Shown here piece by piece: positions 29,341 through 39,829 of a DNA stretch of 64,000 nt. The notes below the pieces were generated by a model. The model ran no database searches. It was not told where the DNA came from and worked only from the letters and a program-made list of their open reading frames with translations. This DNA is from Bacteroidota bacterium. Lineage in GTDB: Bacteria > Bacteroidota > Bacteroidia > Flavobacteriales > Flavobacteriaceae. Where the stretch lies: the NCBI GenBank assembly GCA_039798185.1, contig JBDKGM010000020.1, forward strand, positions 3,138-67,137, given 5' to 3'. The translations under genes and the position numbers were made by a program. The stretch's first letter is position 1. The number at the start of each line of letters is the position of its first letter.

Positions 29341-30279
29341 TTATAATTGTATTACATTTTGTTTTGCTACTTCAAATTCGGTGATGACATCGGCTATAAT
29401 TTGAGAAACGGGTTTGATATCATGAATCAATCCGGCAATTTGACCAATTTCTAATTCGCCTTCTTCCAAATCGCCTTCAAACATACCGCGTTTGGCACGG
29501 GCTCTTCCTAGTAAAGTTTTTAAATCCTCCACACTCGGACACTGACCATATAGCGTTTGTAAATCATGGAAGAATTTATTTTTAATCAAACGAACAGGAG
29601 CTAATTCTTTCAGCGTTAAAAGTGTATCGCCTTCTTGTGTATTGACTACGGTTTGTTTGAAATTATCATGGGCCGAACTTTCGAATGAGGCTACAAATCG
29701 GCTACCCATTTGCACGCCATCAGCTCCTAAAACCATCGCTGCTAACATTCCTTTTCCTGTGGCAATTCCACCTGCGGCTATTAAGGGTACATGAATTTGT
29801 TCGCGCACCATTGGAATCAACGTGAGTGTGGTGGTTTCCTCACGACCATTGTGACCTCCTGCTTCAAAACCTTCTGCAACAATGGCATCTACTCCCGCTT
29901 CTTGGGCTTTCAAAGCAAATTTAGAGCTACTCACCACATGTACTACGGTAATGCCCTGTTCTTTTAAAAAAGCGGTCCATGTTTTGGGATTACCAGCCGA
30001 AGTAAAAACAATCTTCACGCCTTCTTCCACAATAATATTCATAATTTCCTCGATGTTGGGGTACAACATGGGGACATTCACTCCAAAAGGTTTATCGGTA
30101 GCTTTTTTACATTTTTGAATATGTTCACGCAACACATCGGGGTACATGGAACCTGCTCCTATAAGCCCTAATCCGCCAGCATTACTAACGGCACTTGCTA
30201 ATTTGTAACCAGAATTCCAAATCATACCTCCTTGAATAATTGGGTATTGAATGGCGAAAAGTTGGGTGATTCGATTCAT
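29341..30279 (-). CDS. NAD(P)H-dependent flavin oxidoreductase (nitronate monooxygenase / FabK-like)
   Basis: PIIQGGM, AEGFEAGGHNG, AAGGI..G, GADGVQMGSRF, GQIAGLI. Confidence 0.85.
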   Translation of the reverse strand: MNRITQLFAIQYPIIQGGMIWNSGYKLASAVSNAGGLGLIGAGSMYPDVLREHIQKCKKATDKPFGVNVPMLYPNIEEIMNIIVEEGVKIVFTSAGNPKTWTAFLKEQGITVVHVVSSSKFALKAQEAGVDAIVAEGFEAGGHNGREETTTLTLIPMVREQIHVPLIAAGGIATGKGMLAAMVLGADGVQMGSRFVASFESSAHDNFKQTVVNTQEGDTLLTLKELAPVRLIKNKFFHDLQTLYGQCPSVEDLKTLLGRARAKRGMFEGDLEEGELEIGQIAGLIHDIKPVSQIIADVITEFEVAKQNVIQL

Positions 30280-30289
30280 ACTATGTCGC

Positions 30290-31891
30290 TTATTTTTTAA
30301 TGATTTTACCTGAAATCTTTTGGGTATTTGTTGTTAATGTGTAATAATACAAACCTTGTACTAAATGATTCAAATCAACAGTTGGATGGGATGGAGCAAC
30401 TTTAAAAGTGTCTACTTCTTGTCCTAGTGCATTGAAGAGTTGTACCGTTTGTTCGTTTTCTAAACCTTGAAAAGTATACGAAGTTAAAACAGGATTGGGA
30501 TAACCAAACACCGAAGACTGCGAATAAGAATTCGTTGTCAAAGCGTTCGTAAGTGCCAAATTTAAATCGGGGATTCCATAACCGTATAAGTTATCGGGAT
30601 TTGTGAAACGATCCGCAGATTGTTTGACTAAATCAATCACTTGTTGATTGCTTAATTGAGGAACAGCAGCCCAAAGACAGGCGATTGAACCTGATAAAAT
30701 CGGACAGGATAAAGAGGTTCCGTTTACATAAATTAGATTTCCTTGTGGATTGGAAACGGCAGCTCCCACACCTAAAGCCATCACATCGGGTTTTATACGT
30801 CCGTCAAAACTTGGACCTATCGAACTAAATCCGGCTTTTACTTCTGAGGCATCCACAGCTCCAACAGCCAAAGCATGTGTGGCTTCGGCAGGAACTCCGA
30901 CATGGGGTTCACCGGTATTTCCTGAATTTCCAGCACTAATGATTACAACCATTCCTTTACTAAATGCGATATTCACCCCTTTGGAGGCAAAAGCAGCATC
31001 ACCAGTCATATCGGCATAGGTATGACTATAATTGGGATTATCGTATTGAAAATAACCCAGTGAACTAGTAATGATATCCGCACCTAACCGATCGGCTTCT
31101 TCAGCGGCTTGTACCCAATAACTTTCCTCTACGGGATTTTCTTGAGAAACATCTTCGGTGACAAAAAGATAATACTGCGCATTGGGTGCTGTACCTACCA
31201 ATTGTCCGTCTATAAATCCGCCCATGGAAGATAAAACCATCGTTCCATGATTGTGTAACGCATATACATTTTCGGAAGCCGACACAAAATTGTAGCCACC
31301 TAAAATTAAACTTTGAGTAAATAAACGAAGAAAAGGCGCTGCGGTATCCACACCTAAAAATCCAGAATCCAAAACCGCAATAATTTTTCCAGCACCCGTA
31401 AAATCGGCTTGATGGAGTAAATGCGTATTCAACATTTGTACTTGTGTCGTAGCATTTCCATAATTATAACTTATTTGAATCGCATTGGATTTTGAAACAC
31501 TAGCGTTGGTCAATGGAGCAACATTGGATTTCGAATTAAACGTTGGATTCGCAAATTCGATATGATGGACAAAAGGGAATGTAGACAAGGCTTGAATATC
31601 TTGTACGGTTCCGCGAACATGGACACAATTCATCCATTTGGATTGGGCTTTGTACTCAATTCCGTTGGCGTTACTCACCGCATCGATATAGGTTGTTTCA
31701 ACGGGAACATCGTTCAGTGTAATCGGAATATTTTGCGCCTGACGACGATCCAAGGCGCGTTGGGTTAACATACTGGTTGGATTATCTAAAAAAGATTGTG
31801 CGTTGGGTTTATCCATAAAATAGACCCGTGCATCTTCTTGAGCACTACTCCATTGAAAAATCAGCAATAAGACGAAGAGGAAATTTCGCAT
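30290..31891 (-). CDS. S8 (subtilisin-like) serine peptidase with T9SS C-terminal domain
   Basis: Catalytic triad VLDSGF / HGTMV / GTSLS, oxyanion SAGNSG, tail YPNPV...GLYYY...KIIKK. Confidence 0.92.
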   Translation of the reverse strand: MRNFLFVLLLIFQWSSAQEDARVYFMDKPNAQSFLDNPTSMLTQRALDRRQAQNIPITLNDVPVETTYIDAVSNANGIEYKAQSKWMNCVHVRGTVQDIQALSTFPFVHHIEFANPTFNSKSNVAPLTNASVSKSNAIQISYNYGNATTQVQMLNTHLLHQADFTGAGKIIAVLDSGFLGVDTAAPFLRLFTQSLILGGYNFVSASENVYALHNHGTMVLSSMGGFIDGQLVGTAPNAQYYLFVTEDVSQENPVEESYWVQAAEEADRLGADIITSSLGYFQYDNPNYSHTYADMTGDAAFASKGVNIAFSKGMVVIISAGNSGNTGEPHVGVPAEATHALAVGAVDASEVKAGFSSIGPSFDGRIKPDVMALGVGAAVSNPQGNLIYVNGTSLSCPILSGSIACLWAAVPQLSNQQVIDLVKQSADRFTNPDNLYGYGIPDLNLALTNALTTNSYSQSSVFGYPNPVLTSYTFQGLENEQTVQLFNALGQEVDTFKVAPSHPTVDLNHLVQGLYYYTLTTNTQKISGKIIKK

Positions 31892-31947
31892 AGTAACCGG
31901 TCATTGGCTCCCAAAAATACAAATAAAACCCCTGTAATGGTGTTAAT

Positions 31948-33138
31948 TTACGAAGAAATTACCCCTGACCCTAGAAGTTCTTCACCGTGATGCCAAGCCG
32001 CAAATTGCCCTTCGGTAATGGCAGATTGGGGTTCGATAAACTCGATATACAAGCCTGATTCAAATTGGAAAAGCGTGGCTTTTTGCAGCGGTTGACGGTA
32101 ACGAATACGCACTTCAACTTCGAGAGATTCGCCATTTTTCAAACGCATATCCTCGCGAATCCAATGCGTTTCATGCGGTTGAATATGCAAGGCTTTGCGA
32201 AACAAACCGGGGTGCTGATGTCCTTGCCCTGTGTAAATCACATTTTCTTTCACATCAGTTGCGATGATGAATAAAGGTTCGACAGTTCCACCCACATTCA
32301 ATCCTTTTCGTTGACCAATGGTAAAATAATGAGCGCCTTGATGCATTCCTACTTTTTTACCCATGGATAAATCATAGGCAATCGGTTTGGAAAGATACTG
32401 TAGTTCGGCTTCTTTGGATTCGAATTTGGGTATTGATTCTTGGTATTTTTCTAGGGAAGCGGGAATTTCGATAATTACGCCTTCTTTCGGTTGGAGTTGC
32501 TGTTGCAAAAACTCTGGCAAACGCACTTTCCCGATGAAACAAAGTCCTTGAGAATCTTTTTTCTCGGCGGTAACCAAATCCATTTTGGCTGCAATTTCGC
32601 GTACTTCAGGTTTGGTTAATTCCCCAATGGGAAAAAGCGCTTTTGCTAATTGCTCTTGGGATAATTGACAAAGAAAATAGGATTGATCTTTATTTCCATC
32701 TACTCCGGCGAGCAATTGATGAATGGTTTGCCCATCGTGTTCAATAGTCGCTTTTCGGCAATAGTGTCCGGTTGCCACAAAATCGGCTCCCAGCGAAAGA
32801 GCAATTTTCATGAATACGTCAAACTTGATTTCGCGGTTGCATAATACATCGGGATTGGGAGTGCGACCGTTTTCGTATTCGTTAAACATATAGTTCACGA
32901 TACGCTCTTTGTATTGTTCGCTTAAATCAACGGTTTGAAACGGAATTCCTAGTTTTTCTGCAACCAATAAAGCGTCATTACTATCTTCTAGCCAAGGACA
33001 TTCATTGGAAATGGTTACGGAGTCATCGTGCCAGTTTTTCATAAACAAGCCAATCACTTCATACCCTTGCTCTTTTAATAAATAAGCGGCAACACTGGAA
33101 TCTACACCGCCGGATAAACCGACAACGACACGTTTCAT
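31948..33138 (-). CDS. mnmA: tRNA 2-thiouridine(34) synthase
   Basis: [42 protein letters not shown]. -7 element TACCTTTG at 33153-33160. Confidence 0.97.
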   Translation of the reverse strand: MKRVVVGLSGGVDSSVAAYLLKEQGYEVIGLFMKNWHDDSVTISNECPWLEDSNDALLVAEKLGIPFQTVDLSEQYKERIVNYMFNEYENGRTPNPDVLCNREIKFDVFMKIALSLGADFVATGHYCRKATIEHDGQTIHQLLAGVDGNKDQSYFLCQLSQEQLAKALFPIGELTKPEVREIAAKMDLVTAEKKDSQGLCFIGKVRLPEFLQQQLQPKEGVIIEIPASLEKYQESIPKFESKEAELQYLSKPIAYDLSMGKKVGMHQGAHYFTIGQRKGLNVGGTVEPLFIIATDVKENVIYTGQGHQHPGLFRKALHIQPHETHWIREDMRLKNGESLEVEVRIRYRQPLQKATLFQFESGLYIEFIEPQSAITEGQFAAWHHGEELLGSGVISS

Positions 33139-33212
33139 AATCAAATTTTGTGCAAAGGTACAGGAAAAAATGAGAGTGGCGAATACGATAAGAAAGGGTT
33201 AACAGTTTTGGG

Positions 33213-33254
33213 TTATGAAATAAGAGTTATGAATTATGAGTTATGAATTATGAG
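33213..33254 (+). repeat. Heptamer array TTATGA(G/A) x6 with one degenerate unit
   Basis: TTATGAA ATAAGAG TTATGAA TTATGAG TTATGAA TTATGAG. Confidence 0.92.
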
Positions 33255-33322
33255 TTTTTGTAAAATAGACGTGATTGCTAAAAGTAGTTTGGCATTTAGT
33301 ACCGAAATTTTAGGAGGAATTT

Positions 33323-34036
33323 TTAATCACGGTCTTCTTCGTGGGTGATAGGGATTTTTTTAAATTTTCGAACTTTGAGTTTATTCATATCCTTTTTGAC
33401 CAATTTTCCTTTTTCGAGAACTTCCCAGATTCCCTCTTTTTTACCCTTTACAAAATTACCTTTTGCAGCAATTTTATTATCGGCAGTGCGAAACAAGGCT
33501 GGTCCGTCATATTCGCCATTTTTATAGGTACTTTCCTCAAGCACCAATCCTTCTTCAGTTAATTTACGGTAAGCTCCGTCGCGCTTTCCATTTTTATACC
33601 CACATTCTTCTGCTAGTTTACCACTTTTGTAATAGACTTTTCGAATACCGTTGAGCTTTCCTTTGGTGTAAAATTCTTGCGTCATGATTTGTGGAGAATC
33701 TTCGTGATAATACTTCCATTCCCCTTCTTCAATGCGATTAACTAATTTACCTTCACTGACTTTGAAGCCATTTTGATTATATACAATGGTGTAGCACGAA
33801 TTGTCTTTGGGATTAAATTCCCGTGTAGCGATGACTTTTCCTTCTTTGGTATTGTCATAAAACTTGAAAACTCCTGTTTCTTTACCGTGTTCGAAAGTAC
33901 CTTCATAGCGTGGACGACCCGTATCCGCGTAGGTACCTTTCCACAATCCCTGTTTTTTACCTTGTGCATCAAGTGCATTTGTATCCTGAGCCAAGACAGC
34001 ATAACTAACCAAAAAGAATAACACAATGTACTTCAT
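33323..34036 (-). CDS. Exported MORN-variant repeat protein (YwqK-like)
   Basis: Signal peptide and repeated G..Y.NG..EG.W..YY units. Confidence 0.8.
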   Translation of the reverse strand: MKYIVLFFLVSYAVLAQDTNALDAQGKKQGLWKGTYADTGRPRYEGTFEHGKETGVFKFYDNTKEGKVIATREFNPKDNSCYTIVYNQNGFKVSEGKLVNRIEEGEWKYYHEDSPQIMTQEFYTKGKLNGIRKVYYKSGKLAEECGYKNGKRDGAYRKLTEEGLVLEESTYKNGEYDGPALFRTADNKIAAKGNFVKGKKEGIWEVLEKGKLVKKDMNKLKVRKFKKIPITHEEDRD

Positions 34037-34306
34037 ATTTTTTTCTTTTAATAACAGCGAAAGTACATAAAAATTGTGCTACAGTAAAAATGAAAAAATC
34101 AACTATAAGTATTACTTTTCTTACTTTTTTTGATTAATTATTGTTTAATGAAAGAAAAGTCAGTCAAATGAAAAACGTATAATTAGTGGTAAAACACTCT
34201 AAACAAAAACGTTAAAAATAATTTAAATAAATTTTGTTTATGCTTTTTGATTTTTTGTTAAACACAATGAGTTTTATCTTCGAATCCGAACCTTAAAAAT
34301 TGTTCT

Positions 34307-35314
34307 ATGAAAACAAACACATTAAAACAGATTGCGTTAGTTGCCTTTATGGTATTGGGACTAACGGCTTGTAGTGATGACGAAAACAACTCTACAACAC
34401 CAGACAATTCAATTGCCGGAATTGCTTCACGCACCTCCAATCTTTCCACTTTAGTGAGCGCTTTACAAAAAACAGGCTTGACTGCTACGTTGAGTGGTTC
34501 TGGTAATTTTACGGTTTTTGCACCAACGAATGAAGCCTTTGACGCATTTCTTTCTGCGAATGGATTTGCGAATTTGGATGCAGTTCCGGTAGCAACCTTA
34601 AAAAATGTTTTATTAAACCACGTAATTGCAACTGAAATTCCTAGTTCGGCAATTCCAGCTGCTACGTATGTATCTACTTTATCACCGATAAACACGACCA
34701 CGGGCGCACCTACAATCAGTATGTTTGTGCAGAAATCGGGAGGTGTAGTTACGATTAATGGAGGCGCTTCTAACAAAGGAACTACTGTTGCAACAGCTGA
34801 CATTGATGCTACAAACGGAGTAATACACGTAGTTAACAATGTGATTGCGATACCAACCTTGGTAAATCATGTGGTAGCAAATCCTGATTTTGATACGCTA
34901 CAAGCTGTAGTAACCAGCACTTCAGGTGCTTTCGGGGACCAATCTGCGGTTTTGAATGCATTAAATGGTATTACTGTTGCGGCTCCAGCTACTCTTTTCG
35001 CACCCAACAATGCTGCCTTCACAGCGGCAACTACTGGAAGTGGATTTGCAGTAGGAGCAAATGCGGCTCAAGTTACTAAAGTATTGCAATACCATGTAAC
35101 CTTGGCGGGTAATGTGCGTTCATCTCAATTAACGAATAACCAACCCGTCTCAATGATTACTGATCCTGTACAAAATACTACTGTGATTTTGGGTTCAGGA
35201 ACAGTTGACATCAGAGATACAGCGAGTAACTTATCACGCGTATTCCAAGCGGATATTCAATGTTCGAATGGAGTAATCCACGGCGTTCAGCGTGTGTTAC
35301 AACCTCAATTATAG
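34307..35314 (+). CDS. Fasciclin (FAS1) domain lipoprotein with two domains
   Basis: Lipobox LTAC-SDD, FTVFAPTNEAF and LFAPNNAAF, NGVIHVV and NGVIHGV. Confidence 0.92.
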   Translation: MKTNTLKQIALVAFMVLGLTACSDDENNSTTPDNSIAGIASRTSNLSTLVSALQKTGLTATLSGSGNFTVFAPTNEAFDAFLSANGFANLDAVPVATLKNVLLNHVIATEIPSSAIPAATYVSTLSPINTTTGAPTISMFVQKSGGVVTINGGASNKGTTVATADIDATNGVIHVVNNVIAIPTLVNHVVANPDFDTLQAVVTSTSGAFGDQSAVLNALNGITVAAPATLFAPNNAAFTAATTGSGFAVGANAAQVTKVLQYHVTLAGNVRSSQLTNNQPVSMITDPVQNTTVILGSGTVDIRDTASNLSRVFQADIQCSNGVIHGVQRVLQPQL

Positions 35315-35343
35315 TACATTCTTGCGCTTCCTATAAATGGAAG

Positions 35344-35379
35344 AAGGGCTGTACCGAAGTAATTCGGACAGCCCTTTTT
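35344..35379 (+). terminator. Terminator after the fasciclin gene (GCTGT family)
   Basis: AAGGGCTGT-a-CCGAA-gtaa-TTCGG-ACAGCCCTT followed by a T run. Confidence 0.85.
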
Positions 35380-35417
35380 ATTTTTAAAGAATTTGTAATC
35401 ACTTCTAAAATTACGGA

Positions 35418-35560
35418 TTACTAATCACTAGTCACACTAAAGTCTAAAATTCCAAAATTAAAATTCCTCCCGAAATTTCGGGACCAAATTCCTCCCGAAA
35501 TTTCGGGACCAAATTCACACTAACGTCTAACGTCCAAGGTCTAAAGACTAGTCACACTAA
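35418..35560 (+). repeat. Degenerate heptamer tract containing a 25-bp direct repeat with a 16-bp palindrome
   Basis: AAATTCCTCCCGAAATTTCGGGACC at 35461-35485 and 35486-35510. Flanks are TTACTAA, TCACTAG, AGTCTAA, CGTCTAA, CGTCCAA, GGTCTAA, AGACTAG, and TCACACTAA on both sides. Confidence 0.88.
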
Positions 35561-37450
35561 TTACTTCTTATTCAAACGTTTTTGCTCCTCAGCTTGTTCC
35601 ATCATTTCACGCATACGCTTTTGGAACTTCCCTTCTTTGGTTGGTTTTTGTTTATTTTCCTGAATTTGCGCATGAATTTTATCGCTATCAATAAAATACT
35701 TTTTAATAACCAACATTACTCCGATAGTTACAACGTTAGACATGAAGTTGTATAAACTCAAACCTGAACCGTAACTATTGAAGAAGATTAACATCATGAT
35801 GGGTGATACATAGATCATGATTTTCATCATTTTCGCCATATCGGGCATGCCTTCTTGTTGCGGTTGTGCCATTGCAGCATTATCACCGGATGTCATTTTC
35901 ATATAGAAGAAAATTGCGATGGCTGCCAAAATTGGGAACAAACTCACGTGGTCACCGTACATTGGAATATGAAACGGTAATTTTAAAACTTGATCAAATG
36001 AAGACAAGTCATCGGCCCACAAGAAACTTTTTTGACGTAACTCAATTGCGGCTGGGAAGAACTGGAATGATGCGTAAACAAAAGGTAATTGAATCAGGGC
36101 TGGGATACATCCTGCCATTGGATTCACACCGGCTTTGTTGTATAATTTCATCATTTCTTGCTGACGCTTCACAGGATCTTTGAATTTTTCATTCAAATCT
36201 GCAATTTCAGGTCGCAATACTTTCATTTTGGCTTGCGACAAAAACGACTTGAACGTGATGGGTGACATGGCCAATTTGATCAACAAAGTAAACACGATAA
36301 TCGCTAATCCTAAAGACATCCATCCGCCTAACAATCCAAATAAAGGAACAAAGATGAATTTATTAATCCATCCGAAAATTCCCCAACCCATCGGTACCAC
36401 TTCATCCAAGTTGCGATCATAATTGTTCAACAATTTATAATCAGCCGGACCGAAGTACCAATTCATTTTATAATCCAATTCACCATTGGATAACGCTAAA
36501 GGTGCTTTAGTGGTTAATTTTTTAGTGAAAATGGTATCTTTTTTATCATCATGTACCAAATTATCAGAAGTCAATTTGGCTGATTTGAAAGGCGTTTTAG
36601 TCATCAAAATCGAAGCAAAGAAATGCTGGCGATAAGCTACATAAGTAACTGCTTCAGGATTTTCTTCTTTCCCATTTCCTTGTCCTACATAATCATCTTT
36701 CCCGTCTTCGTACTCAAAAATTGTTTCGGTGTAGCGATTTTCATAAGGAATACTGATTTCGTTGCGATACGTTTTAATATTCCAATCTAAGTTCACAGGT
36801 TTTGATGCATTCAAAACGTGACTTAATCCTTGAGAACGAACGTCAAAATCCAATAGATAATCATTCTTCAATACATATTTGTATTCTAAGAATTCGTTGG
36901 GACCCGCTTTCAATTTCATAGACAATACTTGTGCATCACCCACTTTAGTTACTTGGGGCTCAAAGAACAAATCTTTCGTATTTAATACGCGGTTGTCTGA
37001 AGTTTGCAATTCCAGATTAAAATTGGAATTGTTATTTTTTACCAATTCAACTAACTGACCTGAATCTTTCTTGAATTTGGTATATTTTTTTAAAACAACA
37101 TTGGAAACATAACCGCCTTTATTGGCAATTTCCAATTTCACCAAATCATTTTCTAATACGGTTGTTCCTCCTTTGGCAGAAGGTAAAGTAGCCGAATACG
37201 CAAATTTTCCTAGTGCACCTGCCAGTTGTTTGATTTTAGCTGAATCGCCTGCAGTAGTATCTGCTGCTTTGACTGCTTGAACGGTTTTGGCTTGTTTCGC
37301 TTTTTGCTTTTTGTCAATCTGTTCTTGTTTGGCTTTAGCTGTAGCTTCTTTTTGTTCGTTTTGTTTGGAATTGTACATCATCCAAATCACCAGGATAAAG
37401 ATAAGTGCAAATCCGATAATCGAATTCTTGTCAAATTTTTTTTCTTCCAT
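35561..37450 (-). CDS. yidC: Membrane protein insertase YidC
   Basis: N-terminal TM anchor, large periplasmic domain, YFGP, GVNPMAGC, LWADDLSSFD, GLSLY. Confidence 0.95.
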   Translation of the reverse strand: MEEKKFDKNSIIGFALIFILVIWMMYNSKQNEQKEATAKAKQEQIDKKQKAKQAKTVQAVKAADTTAGDSAKIKQLAGALGKFAYSATLPSAKGGTTVLENDLVKLEIANKGGYVSNVVLKKYTKFKKDSGQLVELVKNNNSNFNLELQTSDNRVLNTKDLFFEPQVTKVGDAQVLSMKLKAGPNEFLEYKYVLKNDYLLDFDVRSQGLSHVLNASKPVNLDWNIKTYRNEISIPYENRYTETIFEYEDGKDDYVGQGNGKEENPEAVTYVAYRQHFFASILMTKTPFKSAKLTSDNLVHDDKKDTIFTKKLTTKAPLALSNGELDYKMNWYFGPADYKLLNNYDRNLDEVVPMGWGIFGWINKFIFVPLFGLLGGWMSLGLAIIVFTLLIKLAMSPITFKSFLSQAKMKVLRPEIADLNEKFKDPVKRQQEMMKLYNKAGVNPMAGCIPALIQLPFVYASFQFFPAAIELRQKSFLWADDLSSFDQVLKLPFHIPMYGDHVSLFPILAAIAIFFYMKMTSGDNAAMAQPQQEGMPDMAKMMKIMIYVSPIMMLIFFNSYGSGLSLYNFMSNVVTIGVMLVIKKYFIDSDKIHAQIQENKQKPTKEGKFQKRMREMMEQAEEQKRLNKK

Positions 37451-37485
37451 TAGTTCAAAATTGAGCTACAGCTTTACGCAGTAGC

Positions 37486-39129
<1,644 letters not shown>

Positions 39130-39196
39130 TCAAAATTACAAACTAATCCGCCATAATAAAAATGCGGAAGAATCGAATTTATCACCAGTTATTAAC

Positions 39197-39433
39197 CTAC
39201 TTTTTATAGGTTTTTTGAATATTTCGAATTAGGTATTCCAAACCATTTAATTTCAGTTCGTGTACCAATTTTAATTGTTCCCCCAACTTACCTTTAGGCA
39301 ACCGATTATTTTGCAACCACACCAAATAATATTCCGGTAAGTCTATCAAATAGCGACCTTCATATTTACCGTAAGGCATTTTCGTATGTGCCAAATCGAT
39401 TAAAAAGGCTTGTTGTTCGTTTTTTATTTCCAA
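39197..39433 (-). CDS. DUF3820 family protein
   Basis: KMPYGKYEGRYLIDLPEYYLVW, ELKLNGLE. The start overlaps the OsmC-family gene end by 10 nt. Confidence 0.8.
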   Translation of the reverse strand: MEIKNEQQAFLIDLAHTKMPYGKYEGRYLIDLPEYYLVWLQNNRLPKGKLGEQLKLVHELKLNGLEYLIRNIQKTYKK

Positions 39434-39828
39434 TGAAAAGTGATTTCTTTTTTAATATCGGGATGCAAACTGTAATACACTGGGCAAGTCATTGCGGTAC
39501 GTTCCAAAATCGTTTTGGTTTTTTCATCCACTTCTACATTCATGGAAAACACAACGTGAATCTCCGTAATTCGGCGAGGTTCGGTTCCCATAATTTTTGT
39601 AACCGTAGCGGTTGAACCCGAAAAATCGACCTCCATTTCACGCGCTTTAATTCCCATAACGGTAAACATACAACTGGCCAAACCATTGGCAACCGTATCC
39701 GTGGGAGAAAATGCTTCTCCTTTCCCATTATTATCGGTTGGAGCATCTGAAATTAGCACACTTCCCGACTGTAAATGTTCGGAGGAAGTTCGCAATTCAC
39801 CTAAATAGGTAACTTTTGAAGTAGCCAT
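39424..39828 (-). CDS. OsmC/Ohr (YhfA-like) family protein
   Basis: DAPTDNNGKGEAFSPTD..A..LASC and a second Cys in TCPV. Confidence 0.88.
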   Translation of the reverse strand: MATSKVTYLGELRTSSEHLQSGSVLISDAPTDNNGKGEAFSPTDTVANGLASCMFTVMGIKAREMEVDFSGSTATVTKIMGTEPRRITEIHVVFSMNVEVDEKTKTILERTAMTCPVYYSLHPDIKKEITFHWK

Positions 39829-39829
39829 A

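Noticed and set aside
33323-34036. YwqK-type antitoxin of a toxin-antitoxin system
   Set aside because: It has a signal peptide and generic MORN-variant repeats, and no adjacent toxin gene.
34258-34839. Long antisense ORFs (also 23180-23728, 41109-41603, 42409-42771, 55413-55769 and others)
   Set aside because: They shadow well-supported genes on the opposite strand, lack family motifs and are expected from codon bias.
35461-35516. Palindromic 25-bp direct repeats as a mini CRISPR array
   Set aside because: The repeats abut with no spacer, there are only two full copies, and no cas gene is in the window.
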